A stretch of DNA of 64,000 nucleotides. It comes from an uncultured archaeon. GTDB taxonomy: Archaea > Micrarchaeota > Micrarchaeia > Anstonellales > Anstonellaceae. Numbering within the stretch: the first letter of the stretch is position 1; each line of letters begins with the position of its first letter. The stretch spans positions 4,504 through 68,503 of the forward strand of contig CABMCD010000016.1 of assembly GCA_902384555.1 (NCBI GenBank). The letters run 5' to 3'. Made by a program: the position numbers and the translations under genes. The notes under the pieces are model-generated. The model was not told the DNA's origin and did not search any database. It saw only the letters and a list, made by a program, of their open reading frames with translations. Positions 27,260-36,539 of this stretch are shown here, one piece after another.

Positions 27260-28492
27260 TCACTCGTAACGCAGGGCCTCCATGGGCGGCATTTGCGCGG
27301 CGCGGCGCGCGGGCATCAGGCCGGCGACGAGGCCGACGATGGCGCTGAAGAAAATGGCCCCCAGCGCGAGGACGGGGCTGACCACGGCCTGAAAGCCGAA
27401 GAGGCCGATGGCGAGGGAGAGGAGCCAGCCGATGAACAGGCCGATGAGCCCGCCCGCCATGCCGATGAGGGCGCTCTCGATGAGGAAGAGGCGCATCACC
27501 ACCCCGTCGGAGGCGCCGATGGCTTTCAGGGTGCCGATTTCGCGGGTGCGCTCCAGCACCGACATCGACATGGTGTTGGCCACGCCGATGCCGCCCACCA
27601 GCAGCGAGATGGAGGCCACCAGACCGAGCGTGAGGGTGACCACGCCCAGCACCGCGCCGATGGTCTTGAGGATGAAGTCGGAGGTGACCAGCGAGAAGTC
27701 CTTGTCGTCCGCATTGACATGGTGCGCCGACATCAGCTCGGCCTCGGCCGCATCCAGCGTCTGGTTGATGTCGAAGCCCTCGGCCACCATGAAGCGGATG
27801 CCGGTGATTTCGTGCTGGGCAATCGAGTCCCCGGCCAGCTCGCGCGCATCGTCGATGGGAATGTAGATGACCTGGTCGGAGGTGGAGCCTCCGATGTTGC
27901 CCGCCTTGGACAGCACCCCCACCACGCGGAACGGCGTGCCCTGCGTGCCGAGGCGCAGGGTGGAGCCCACGCCCAGCGTTTTCTTGAACACGCTGGAGCC
28001 GTCCGCGACCGCGGCCCCGACCACCACCACGCGCCTGTCGCCGTCCACCAGGTAGCGGCCTTCGGACAGGTTGAGCACCTGATAGGTGAAGACTTCGGGC
28101 TGCACGCCGCCCACGCTGGTGGAGACGGACTGGCCCTGATAACTCACGGCCGAGCGGATGACCAGCACCTGCGAGAGGCGCTCGACGCCGGGGATGCGGT
28201 CGAGGCGCTTGGCGTCGTTCTCAAATAATTTGCCGGCCGATGGCGGGCGGTTGGGGCCGCCCTGAAAGGAGGCCACCTGCTTGTTGATGTCGCCGGGCAC
28301 CACCGCCACCAGGCGCGGGCCGAAGGCCGAAATCTGCTCCTTGACCGTCAGCTCAAGGCCCTGCGCAATGGCGATGAGCGAGACGATGGCCGCGATGCCG
28401 ATGACGATGCCCAGCACCGTGAGCCAGGAGCGCAGGGAGCGGTGCCGCAGGGAAGTGAGGGAATAATCCAGCAAATCCGACCAGGAAGCCAT
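27260..28492 (-). CDS. ABC transporter permease, FtsX/MacB family (paralog)
   Basis: Same architecture as, and clearly alignable to, 26032-27255. Confidence 0.8.
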   Translation of the reverse strand: MASWSDLLDYSLTSLRHRSLRSWLTVLGIVIGIAAIVSLIAIAQGLELTVKEQISAFGPRLVAVVPGDINKQVASFQGGPNRPPSAGKLFENDAKRLDRIPGVERLSQVLVIRSAVSYQGQSVSTSVGGVQPEVFTYQVLNLSEGRYLVDGDRRVVVVGAAVADGSSVFKKTLGVGSTLRLGTQGTPFRVVGVLSKAGNIGGSTSDQVIYIPIDDARELAGDSIAQHEITGIRFMVAEGFDINQTLDAAEAELMSAHHVNADDKDFSLVTSDFILKTIGAVLGVVTLTLGLVASISLLVGGIGVANTMSMSVLERTREIGTLKAIGASDGVVMRLFLIESALIGMAGGLIGLFIGWLLSLAIGLFGFQAVVSPVLALGAIFFSAIVGLVAGLMPARRAAQMPPMEALRYE

Positions 28493-28545
28493 CAGCCATC
28501 AAACCTCGGCAGCGAACTGAATTGAAAAAAGAAAAAGAAAGGGCC

Positions 28546-30102
28546 TTAGTGCCGGGGGCCTTGGGCGGGGGCGGCCTTTTTCTTGCGCAGGAAGAACCAC
28601 CACCCGGCCGCGGCCAGCGCGACGAGGACGAGAAGCCCGAAGAGCAGCAGGCCGCCCGAGCCGCTCTCGCCCGCCTGCGCGGCGGCCGTCTGCTTGCTGA
28701 TGACCTTGAGGTTCACCGTCTGATTCGCCGTGTGCTCGCGGTTGTAGGAGTCCTTGAAGCCCAAACTGACGTTCACGGGGTAGAGGCCGTCCTTGACGTC
28801 GGCCACCTGCACCTTGAACTGCACCGAGGAGAAGTCGTCCTGGTTGAGGCCGCCGATGAACTGCTCGTCCTGCGCCTCCTGCAGCGTGAAGGCGGAGGAT
28901 GGCTGCAGGCGCACCGTCAGCGCCTTGACCGGCGAGCTGCCGGTGTTGGACACGGTGACGGAGAGCGTGTGCTGGCCGCCGCCCACCACCGGGGCGGGCT
29001 TGGCCGTGACAAAGACGCTCACGTCCGAGAGGCTCTCCACGCTGAGGCCCAGCGGGACGGAGACGGCGGGCTGCTCGTCGCCGTTGGAGTTGTGGTAGCT
29101 CACCGACAGGGCGGGCGAGTAGAAGCCGGGCTGGACGTCATTGACGCCCACCGGCAGGTGCATCATCTTGGACTGGCCGGGCCCCAGGTCGTCGAGGGAG
29201 AGGTCGGAGGTCTGCAGGGGGATGAGGGCGCTGTTGTTGGAGAGGCGGATGCGGGTGCCGTACGCCGTCTCCTCGCCGCTTTTGGACACCTGGATGCGCA
29301 AATCCACGGTGCGGCCCGGAATGAAGCCGTCCGAATTGAGCACCGATACCGAGAACTGCGGACTCTTGCGCTTGACCGTCAGGCGCAGATAGACGGCCGA
29401 GCTGGTGTCCTGGCCCGACTCGTCGCGGTACGAGAGCACCATGGGCACGGAATAGGTGCCCGACGAGACGTTGGGGGAGAGCGAGACGCCCAGCTCGAAA
29501 TGGGCGGGCTGCTCGCCCACGTCGCCCACCCACAGCGGGTTGGGGCCGGTCTGGAAGAACTGCGTGGAGTTGATGGCCGCGCGCACCTCGCTGGCCGAGC
29601 CGCCGCGGTTGACGAGGCGCACGGGCAGGGTGAAGTCGCCGCTGGTGTAGACCGTGCCGTTGTCGGCTTCGGCCGAGAAGATGGCCGGGTCGGTGATGGT
29701 GACGGGAATCATCACCGGCTTGACGAAGGAGGAGGAGGAGTTGGTCCAGTCGAACTGGAGAATCATCGTGTAAATGCCCGCGCGGGTGGTGTTGGGAATG
29801 GAGAAGGGGAAGCTGACGCTGCTGGACACCCCGGCGCGAAAGTCGCCCAGATTGACGGAGCCGGACGCGCGCACCGGGCCGTCCGGCGAGCCGCCGCGCA
29901 CGGTGACGGCGAAAGCCTGGTCGTTGTCGCTGTTGGAGATGGTCATCGAGGCGACGCCGGACATGCCGGCGTGCAGGGTGGAGGGCGTGAGCACCACGTT
30001 GGTGACCGCGATGCCGGCCGACAGGGCGGACGCGAGCAGCATCAGACACAGGGCCGCCAGGCCCGCGAACTTGAACACCACACCGTTTTTCATTGAACAC
30101 AC
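28546..30102 (-). CDS. Surface-exposed multi-repeat protein with C-terminal TM anchor (COG1361/CARDB-like partner of MacB-type exporters)
   Basis: Signal peptide, at least four roughly 100-aa beta-rich repeats, and the C-terminal anchor GLLLFGLLVLVALAAAGWWFFLRKKK. Confidence 0.6.
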   Translation of the reverse strand: MCSMKNGVVFKFAGLAALCLMLLASALSAGIAVTNVVLTPSTLHAGMSGVASMTISNSDNDQAFAVTVRGGSPDGPVRASGSVNLGDFRAGVSSSVSFPFSIPNTTRAGIYTMILQFDWTNSSSSFVKPVMIPVTITDPAIFSAEADNGTVYTSGDFTLPVRLVNRGGSASEVRAAINSTQFFQTGPNPLWVGDVGEQPAHFELGVSLSPNVSSGTYSVPMVLSYRDESGQDTSSAVYLRLTVKRKSPQFSVSVLNSDGFIPGRTVDLRIQVSKSGEETAYGTRIRLSNNSALIPLQTSDLSLDDLGPGQSKMMHLPVGVNDVQPGFYSPALSVSYHNSNGDEQPAVSVPLGLSVESLSDVSVFVTAKPAPVVGGGQHTLSVTVSNTGSSPVKALTVRLQPSSAFTLQEAQDEQFIGGLNQDDFSSVQFKVQVADVKDGLYPVNVSLGFKDSYNREHTANQTVNLKVISKQTAAAQAGESGSGGLLLFGLLVLVALAAAGWWFFLRKKKAAPAQGPRH

Positions 30103-30126
30103 CTCGATTTGGAATATGATTTTGGA

Positions 30127-30942
<816 letters not shown>

Positions 30943-31003
30943 GTGGATTGGACCTCGCATGAGGGGATGGTCCGCCCCGCATCGGGCGGAACGGGGGCGG
31001 GAC

Positions 31004-31198
31004 TCAGTCGCCGCCGCCCTTGATTTGGGTGAGCATGAAGTAGAGCATGACAAAGCCGATGACGCCGGCCGCGATGGGATAATAGGTCGGGTCGGACATG
31101 CGCAGCGAAGCCCAGTAGTAATAGACGCCGTAGCCGAATCCCACCGAGATGAGGAAGCGGGCGATGGAAATGAGGGCCTTTGCCTTGCCGGATGCCAT
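31004..31198 (-). CDS. Small two-TM membrane protein (64 aa)
   Basis: Two clear hydrophobic helices. It sits immediately upstream of the ABC operon. Confidence 0.35.
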   Translation of the reverse strand: MASGKAKALISIARFLISVGFGYGVYYYWASLRMSDPTYYPIAAGVIGFVMLYFMLTQIKGGGD

Positions 31199-31247
31199 GC
31201 GCCGGCATGGGAAGAGAAAGGATAAAAAGCGGATGGAGGGGAGATTT

Positions 31248-32156
31248 TCAGAATTTGAACAGTTTCCTTATCACGCTTCTTTTCGGCATCGACTGCGCCC
31301 CCGCGTGCATCACTTTGGCCGCCGCGCACGCGTGGCCCATCTTGATGGACTCGTAGAGTGAGCGGCCCTCCAATTTGCCGCAGATGATGCCCGTATCAAA
31401 GGCATCGCCCGCGCCCAGCGTGTCCACCACGTGCGGGGCGCTGAAAGAGGGCACCTCGAACTGGTCGTGCCCGCCGGTGCAGGAGATGGCCGGGCCCTTG
31501 CCCTGCTTGAGCACCACCGAGCAGTCGTATTGGCGCGAGAGGTCTTTCACGCCCTCGAGCGAGAAGGAGCCGGTAATGGCCGCCAGTTCCTTGCGGTTGA
31601 TAATCAGCAAATCCACGTGCTTGAGAATGGGCTCGAGCTTTTTCTGCCCCATTCTGGAAGCCGCGCGCCCGGGGTCGAATGAAAGAGGCTTGCCGGATTT
31701 GCCGGCCATTTTGGCCGCGTCGCGCATCCACTCATAGCAGCAGCCCGACACGTGCACCCACTTGGAATCGTCGAGCAGATGGGCAGGCATGCGCCGCGCG
31801 TCGTCCACACAGCCCAAGTCCTCCACCACCATCACCTCGCCCTGCGGGTCGATGAGGATGATGGACAGGGCGGTGCGCGCCTTTTTCACCAGTTTGACGT
31901 GGGCCGAATTGATGCCCTCGCGCGCCAATTCGGAGAGAAGGAAGCGCCCGTGCGGGTCGTCGCCCACGTTGGCCACCAAACCGGAAGAGTGGCCGAGGCG
32001 AATCGCGTTGAGGGCGACGTTGGCCGCACTGCCACCGGCCGAAATTTGGGGGGCTCTTCGCAGCAGCACGGTGCGGTCGGCGGAAGGAAACGACTCGACA
32101 TAGTCGCGGATGTCATACACCAGATGGCCGACGCAGGCGAGGTCGATGGAGGGCAT
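31248..32156 (-). CDS. PfkB-family carbohydrate/nucleoside kinase
   Basis: Motifs GGSAANVA and DTLGAGDAF. Confidence 0.8.
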   Translation of the reverse strand: MPSIDLACVGHLVYDIRDYVESFPSADRTVLLRRAPQISAGGSAANVALNAIRLGHSSGLVANVGDDPHGRFLLSELAREGINSAHVKLVKKARTALSIILIDPQGEVMVVEDLGCVDDARRMPAHLLDDSKWVHVSGCCYEWMRDAAKMAGKSGKPLSFDPGRAASRMGQKKLEPILKHVDLLIINRKELAAITGSFSLEGVKDLSRQYDCSVVLKQGKGPAISCTGGHDQFEVPSFSAPHVVDTLGAGDAFDTGIICGKLEGRSLYESIKMGHACAAAKVMHAGAQSMPKRSVIRKLFKF

Positions 32157-32231
32157 GAGGGGAGAATGAGGGGGAGCTATTTATGGCTTGGGGTTTGCGG
32201 GCCGACAGGGGCCCGGCTCGGCCTAGGGCAG

Positions 32232-33266
32232 CTATGCCTTGGTGTCCGGCTTGACAGAATATTTTTCCCACCCTTCCGGCAGGTCCTTGCCCACCCATTC
32301 CCGGATTTTCAATTCCACCACCGTGCGCGCGCTGATGCCCTCGGGAACGGGGCCGGTGCCGAGGCGGGCGGCGGCCTCGTCGAGGGAGGGGAAAACAAAA
32401 GAACGGGAATCGGAGGAGAGAATGGACAGGCACGCAACGCCTTCTTTCCCCTCGATTATTTCCATTTTCTCTATTTTGGGCCTTGGCTGGCCTTCCGGGC
32501 TTGCGGCCAGCAGCCTTCCGGAGGAACCGATGTGGATTTCCCCGCCGCGGCGCTGGCCGTTCTCGATTTCAACGGGCGTGCCGGCTTTCAGCTGGCCGGA
32601 AAGGCCGGGGCTGTCCCACAGCACCACGCGGGCGCGGCCGGAAGAGTCGGTGAGCTCGAAGGAGGACATGAGCGAGGAGGGCGCGTCGCCCGAGAGGCGG
32701 GACTGGCCTTTGCGGTAGGGAAAATCGCCGAAAAAGGAGGACACGACGCCCTCGAAATGGCCGACGGAGGAGGATTTGTTTTGGCCGGCCGCCTCGGGAG
32801 GCGCATGTATTTTCATCCGCGGGCCTTTCTGCAGGCGCTTGACTTCCCCGCCGGGCAGCAGGTGGAACTCGCCGCCGCGCAAACGCACGGGGCCGGCCTC
32901 GCACAGGTCGCCGCAGACCACCGCGCGCTCCAGCGCGGCGCAGGCCGAATCGTAGGCCACCAGCGTGCCGCTCCCGCTCTGGTCGGAGACGGACACGCGC
33001 TGGCTGCGCGAGGTGCCGCCGTTCTTGTCGAACGCGCGGGCGGGAAAGACGCGCTCGACGCGCACGCGCAGCAGGGAGGGGCGGTACGCGCGCATGGCCT
33101 GCGCGATGGATTCGGGCCGGGCCGACTGGCCGGCCGCCTCGATGGACAGCAGAAGCAGGGCCGATTCGCGCGGGATGAGGCCGTGGTATTCGCGCAATTT
33201 GGAGGCCAGGCGCTCGTCCAGCGTTTCCTTGCCCCACTGCGCCTCCAATTCGCTCTGGGCAGACAT
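32232..33266 (-). CDS. Replication protein A-like ssDNA-binding protein (three OB folds)
   Basis: Three repeats of the OB-fold pattern (for example RVERVFPARAFDKNGGTSRSQRVSVSDQSGSGTLVAYDSA). ATG at 33266. The ORF-track extension to 33968 is rejected. Confidence 0.6.
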   Translation of the reverse strand: MSAQSELEAQWGKETLDERLASKLREYHGLIPRESALLLLSIEAAGQSARPESIAQAMRAYRPSLLRVRVERVFPARAFDKNGGTSRSQRVSVSDQSGSGTLVAYDSACAALERAVVCGDLCEAGPVRLRGGEFHLLPGGEVKRLQKGPRMKIHAPPEAAGQNKSSSVGHFEGVVSSFFGDFPYRKGQSRLSGDAPSSLMSSFELTDSSGRARVVLWDSPGLSGQLKAGTPVEIENGQRRGGEIHIGSSGRLLAASPEGQPRPKIEKMEIIEGKEGVACLSILSSDSRSFVFPSLDEAAARLGTGPVPEGISARTVVELKIREWVGKDLPEGWEKYSVKPDTKA

Positions 33267-33340
33267 GGACGTGCGTGGGGCGCGAGAGCTAATTAAAGTT
33301 GGGGCAGGCGTTTTCCGCCCCCATGGAAAAGATTCCCTAT

Positions 33341-33949
33341 TCAGGCCATGGGGCCGAGGCTCAGGAACACCAGGACGGAGATGGCGAGGCCGCAAAGCAC
33401 CAGTGCCGCCAGCACGGCGAGCCCGGCGCGCAGGGTGGTGAGGCGGTGGACGCGCGAGACGGCCAGCACCTGCAGGTACAGGCCATAGAGACTGGCCAGC
33501 GCGCCGAGCAGCAGGCCCAGATAGGGCAGGGCGTTGAGCAGGTGCAGCACCGCGATGGGCAGGGCGATGAGCGCGAAGAGGAAGTAGAGGGCGTGGAAGC
33601 GGCCCTTGCCGCCCAGCAGCTTGGACAGGAAATGGACCAGCCCGGCCCATATGAAAGAGGTGGCGAGGCCGGCGGCCAAGCCCACGAGCGCGTAGAGCAG
33701 GGGGTTGGAAAACAGCGAGCCCATTTGGCCCTGATAGAGCAGGCGGCTGGATTGGGAGTCCAGAAACACCAGCGACAGCAGGCCGGACAGAACGCCCAGC
33801 AGGCTGGCAGCCGTGTAGAGAATGACGCCATCCGCCAGCGCGGCCTTGGCCTTGGCCTGGGCCGCAAGGGTTTGGGCCGGCTTGAGCAGGATGTGCTGGC
33901 TGATTTGGGGGATGGAACCGAAATCCATGGCATGCGCCTCCGAGGCCAT
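33341..33949 (-). CDS. Yip1-like multi-TM membrane protein
   Basis: Five predicted TM helices and length about 202 aa. The Yip1 assignment is tentative. Confidence 0.4.
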   Translation of the reverse strand: MASEAHAMDFGSIPQISQHILLKPAQTLAAQAKAKAALADGVILYTAASLLGVLSGLLSLVFLDSQSSRLLYQGQMGSLFSNPLLYALVGLAAGLATSFIWAGLVHFLSKLLGGKGRFHALYFLFALIALPIAVLHLLNALPYLGLLLGALASLYGLYLQVLAVSRVHRLTTLRAGLAVLAALVLCGLAISVLVFLSLGPMA

Positions 33950-33974
33950 GAGCACGGCGGCGCGGCAAATAAAC

Positions 33975-34700
33975 CTATCGGCGGGGGATGAAGTGATACG
34001 GGACCCCGCCCGGGAACGAGCCCGCGCCGGGCGGGCGGCGGGATTCCAGCCAGCCCCACGCAAAGCCCAGCGCGAGGCCGCCCAGATGCGCGGTTGACGC
34101 GACGCCGGAATAGGGGTTGAAGGTGCCCAGCAGCTCCAAGGCCACCCACAAGAGCGCCGCCTGGCGCATGGAGAGGGGGATGACGCCAAACAGCGCCACC
34201 ATCAGCCGCGGCGCGAGCACGGCAATCGCGCCCAGCACGGCATAGATGGCGCCCGACGCGCCCAGCGCCGGGACGGCGGGGCTGATGCCCAAGAGGATGG
34301 CCCCCTCATAAAAAGCCGAGCCGGCGAGGCCGCCGGCGAGGAAGAGCAGGAGGAAACCCGTGCGGCCGAGGCGCTGCTCCAGAATGGGGCCGAACATCCA
34401 CAGCGCGTAGCAGTTGAGCAGCAAATGCAGGAAGCCGCCGTGCAGGAAGACGGAGGTGATGGGCATCCACCATTGCAGGTGGCCGGGGTCGAAGTAGAAC
34501 ATCTCGGTGAAGCCGGGAATGAGCATCTGCGCCAGAAAGCAGACGAAGATGAGGCCCAGAAGGGCATCGACCGCGCGGAGGGAGGAGAGAAAGTCCAGCG
34601 GCGAGGGGGGCTTGGGGGAATAGAAGGGCGAGCCGGGCAGGCCGTGCGGGGGCGAGGCGGAGGATGAGCGGGGGCGGAAATAATCAACCATGAAAATCAC
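33975..34700 (-). CDS. Rhomboid-family intramembrane serine protease
   Basis: TM2 motif HGGFLHLLLN, catalytic Ser in GASGAIYAV, catalytic His in AHLGGLALG. Confidence 0.85.
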   Translation of the reverse strand: MIFMVDYFRPRSSSASPPHGLPGSPFYSPKPPSPLDFLSSLRAVDALLGLIFVCFLAQMLIPGFTEMFYFDPGHLQWWMPITSVFLHGGFLHLLLNCYALWMFGPILEQRLGRTGFLLLFLAGGLAGSAFYEGAILLGISPAVPALGASGAIYAVLGAIAVLAPRLMVALFGVIPLSMRQAALLWVALELLGTFNPYSGVASTAHLGGLALGFAWGWLESRRPPGAGSFPGGVPYHFIPRR

Positions 34701-34751
34701 ATGAAATGGGAAGAGACGGGCGGCGGGCGGGGGGGCGCCTTTTGGACATCA

Positions 34752-35330
34752 TCAGATGTTGCTGCGGTTGGTCCAGAGCGTGAGCGTCATGATGCCGTAA
34801 TGGTAGTAGGTCTGCGGGCCGCTGTGGACGGGAATGACCACGCCGCGGCTCACCTGCACCACCTGCCGGGGGTTGACGGGCTCGTGGCCGATGACGATGA
34901 GCGGCAGCTGGTCGCGCAAGTGGCCGGCGGCGTTGGGCATCGAGGTGTTGATGGTGATGTAGAAGTCGGCCGGGGTGGCCATGAGGTTCTGGGCCGCCAC
35001 GTACTGGTCGCTGCGCGGAGGGTTGAGGTAGCTGCCCGCCTGGATGAGCAGGGTGTAGTTGAGCACGCCCACGGGCGAGCCGTTGAGGGCGAGGCCGGCG
35101 GTGCGCGCGTATTGGGGCTGGACATACCAATCCCAGGGGTCGGCCGGCTGCAGCAGCGTCTCGGACAGGCGGTCGGCGTCCTCTTGGAGGATGGAGGAGC
35201 GCGTCTCGTTCTGGGCGCGCAGGGCGAACCAGTGCGAGGCCAAAAGCGAGAGGGCGAGCACGAAAATGACGGAGGCCACGATGGCGTCCATGGAGAAATA
35301 CTGGCCCCGATAATGTTTGGATAAGGACAT
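34752..35330 (-). CDS. Type IV pilin-like protein
   Basis: N-terminus YRGQYFSMDAIVASVIFVLALSLLA. Confidence 0.55.
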   Translation of the reverse strand: MSLSKHYRGQYFSMDAIVASVIFVLALSLLASHWFALRAQNETRSSILQEDADRLSETLLQPADPWDWYVQPQYARTAGLALNGSPVGVLNYTLLIQAGSYLNPPRSDQYVAAQNLMATPADFYITINTSMPNAAGHLRDQLPLIVIGHEPVNPRQVVQVSRGVVIPVHSGPQTYYHYGIMTLTLWTNRSNI

Positions 35331-35331
35331 G

Positions 35332-35883
35332 TCAGCTGACCTCCAAGAGAACGGAGCCGGTTTCGTTGCCCACGTTGGCCACCTGCAGGGTGCCGTCCGT
35401 GGTGTCCACCCACCACGAGGTGCGCAGGACGCCGCCGTAGGCCTGCGTCACCATGCCGTTGCCGGGGCAGGCCGGATTGCCGGCCCCGTTGCAGCCCAGC
35501 CGCAGGTTGCGCGTGGAGAGGGGGAAGGTGAAGACCGTGGGCGGCCAGTCCGGGCGCGTGGGGGCCAGCTGCACCGACAGCACGCCGCGGTCGCTGAAGT
35601 TGAGGGAATAGTTGCGGCCCGAAATCTGCCGCGGCACCGGGAAGGTGGCGTTGAAGCCGGGCCCGGCCAGCTGCGCGGTGTTGACGTCGTCCGCGATTTG
35701 GGCGGACACCGACTGGCTGAGGCGGTATTCGCGCTGGACCACGTCCTGGCCGATTTGCGAGAGGAACATCACGGAGAGCGAGACGAAGACCAGCATGAAG
35801 AAGCCCATGTAGACCAGCACTTCGATGGCGGCCTGTCCGCGAAGCGCGGAGGGGGATGAGAGGTTGCGGGCCATGTCCATCAT
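35332..35883 (-). CDS. Type IV pilin-like protein
   Basis: N-terminus ALRGQAAIEVLVYMGFFMLVFVSL. Sequons present. Confidence 0.55.
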   Translation of the reverse strand: MMDMARNLSSPSALRGQAAIEVLVYMGFFMLVFVSLSVMFLSQIGQDVVQREYRLSQSVSAQIADDVNTAQLAGPGFNATFPVPRQISGRNYSLNFSDRGVLSVQLAPTRPDWPPTVFTFPLSTRNLRLGCNGAGNPACPGNGMVTQAYGGVLRTSWWVDTTDGTLQVANVGNETGSVLLEVS

Positions 35884-36539
35884 TCCACCCGTCCCTGCAC
35901 CTTGCGCAGGATGTTGACATGGGTGCCGTTGTTCTGGAAGATGAGCACCACCAGCCCCGAGCGCAGCACCGAGCCGGGGCCAGCCGTGCGCTGGGCCAGC
36001 TTGGACTGGTTGCGCGGGTCGTTGGCCGGCGGCAGGCTGCGCACCGGCGCGGGCGAGACGATGACGATGTCCTGCGCCGCCCCGCCGGGCGGCAGGTAGG
36101 AGACCGAGATTTCGTGGCCCTGCACCAGCAGGTCGGAATCATTTACAAAATCTCCGGAGAGGGTGAGGTCGCGCAGGTTGTTTGGGAAATCCACCAGCAC
36201 CATGGCGCGGCTGCCGTTGCCGTTGTACCACACCGCGCCGGCCGTGTCGGACAGCGACTGGGCCAGCGCGCGGGCCTGCGTCTGCTCCAGCACCGAGACC
36301 TTCTCGGTCGAGGAGGAGAAGAACAGCAGCACCAGCGGCACGATGAAGGCCAGCACGATGCCCATCATCAAAAGCGTTTCCAGCGAGGCCTGCGCGCGGC
36401 GGGAGAAGGAAGAAAGAGCGGGAGCGGAAGGCGCGAGGGAGGCGGAAAAGAGCGGGGCCGCGGGATTCGCCCCGGCCCGGAGGCTGCTGCGGACGGGCGG
36501 AAGGCCCAAAAATAGGGAACTCGTTTTTCCTTCACTCAT
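35880..36539 (-). CDS. Type IV pilin-like protein with an unusually long pre-motif N-terminal extension
   Basis: Internal motif SRRAQASLETLLMMGIVLAFIVPLVLL. The ATG at 36539 overlaps the upstream stop (ATGA). The ORF-track GTG start is at 36545. About 46 aa precede the G-Q cleavage-like site. Confidence 0.45.
   Translation of the reverse strand: MSEGKTSSLFLGLPPVRSSLRAGANPAAPLFSASLAPSAPALSSFSRRAQASLETLLMMGIVLAFIVPLVLLFFSSSTEKVSVLEQTQARALAQSLSDTAGAVWYNGNGSRAMVLVDFPNNLRDLTLSGDFVNDSDLLVQGHEISVSYLPPGGAAQDIVIVSPAPVRSLPPANDPRNQSKLAQRTAGPGSVLRSGLVVLIFQNNGTHVNILRKVQGRVE

Noticed and set aside
30943-31329. N-terminal 130-aa extension of the ABC ATPase ORF as given in the track
   Set aside because: The extension is Arg/Pro/Ser-rich and overlaps the small membrane ORF. 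Internal Met starts (MASKPP or MRGPIHMASKPP) give a normal NBD length.
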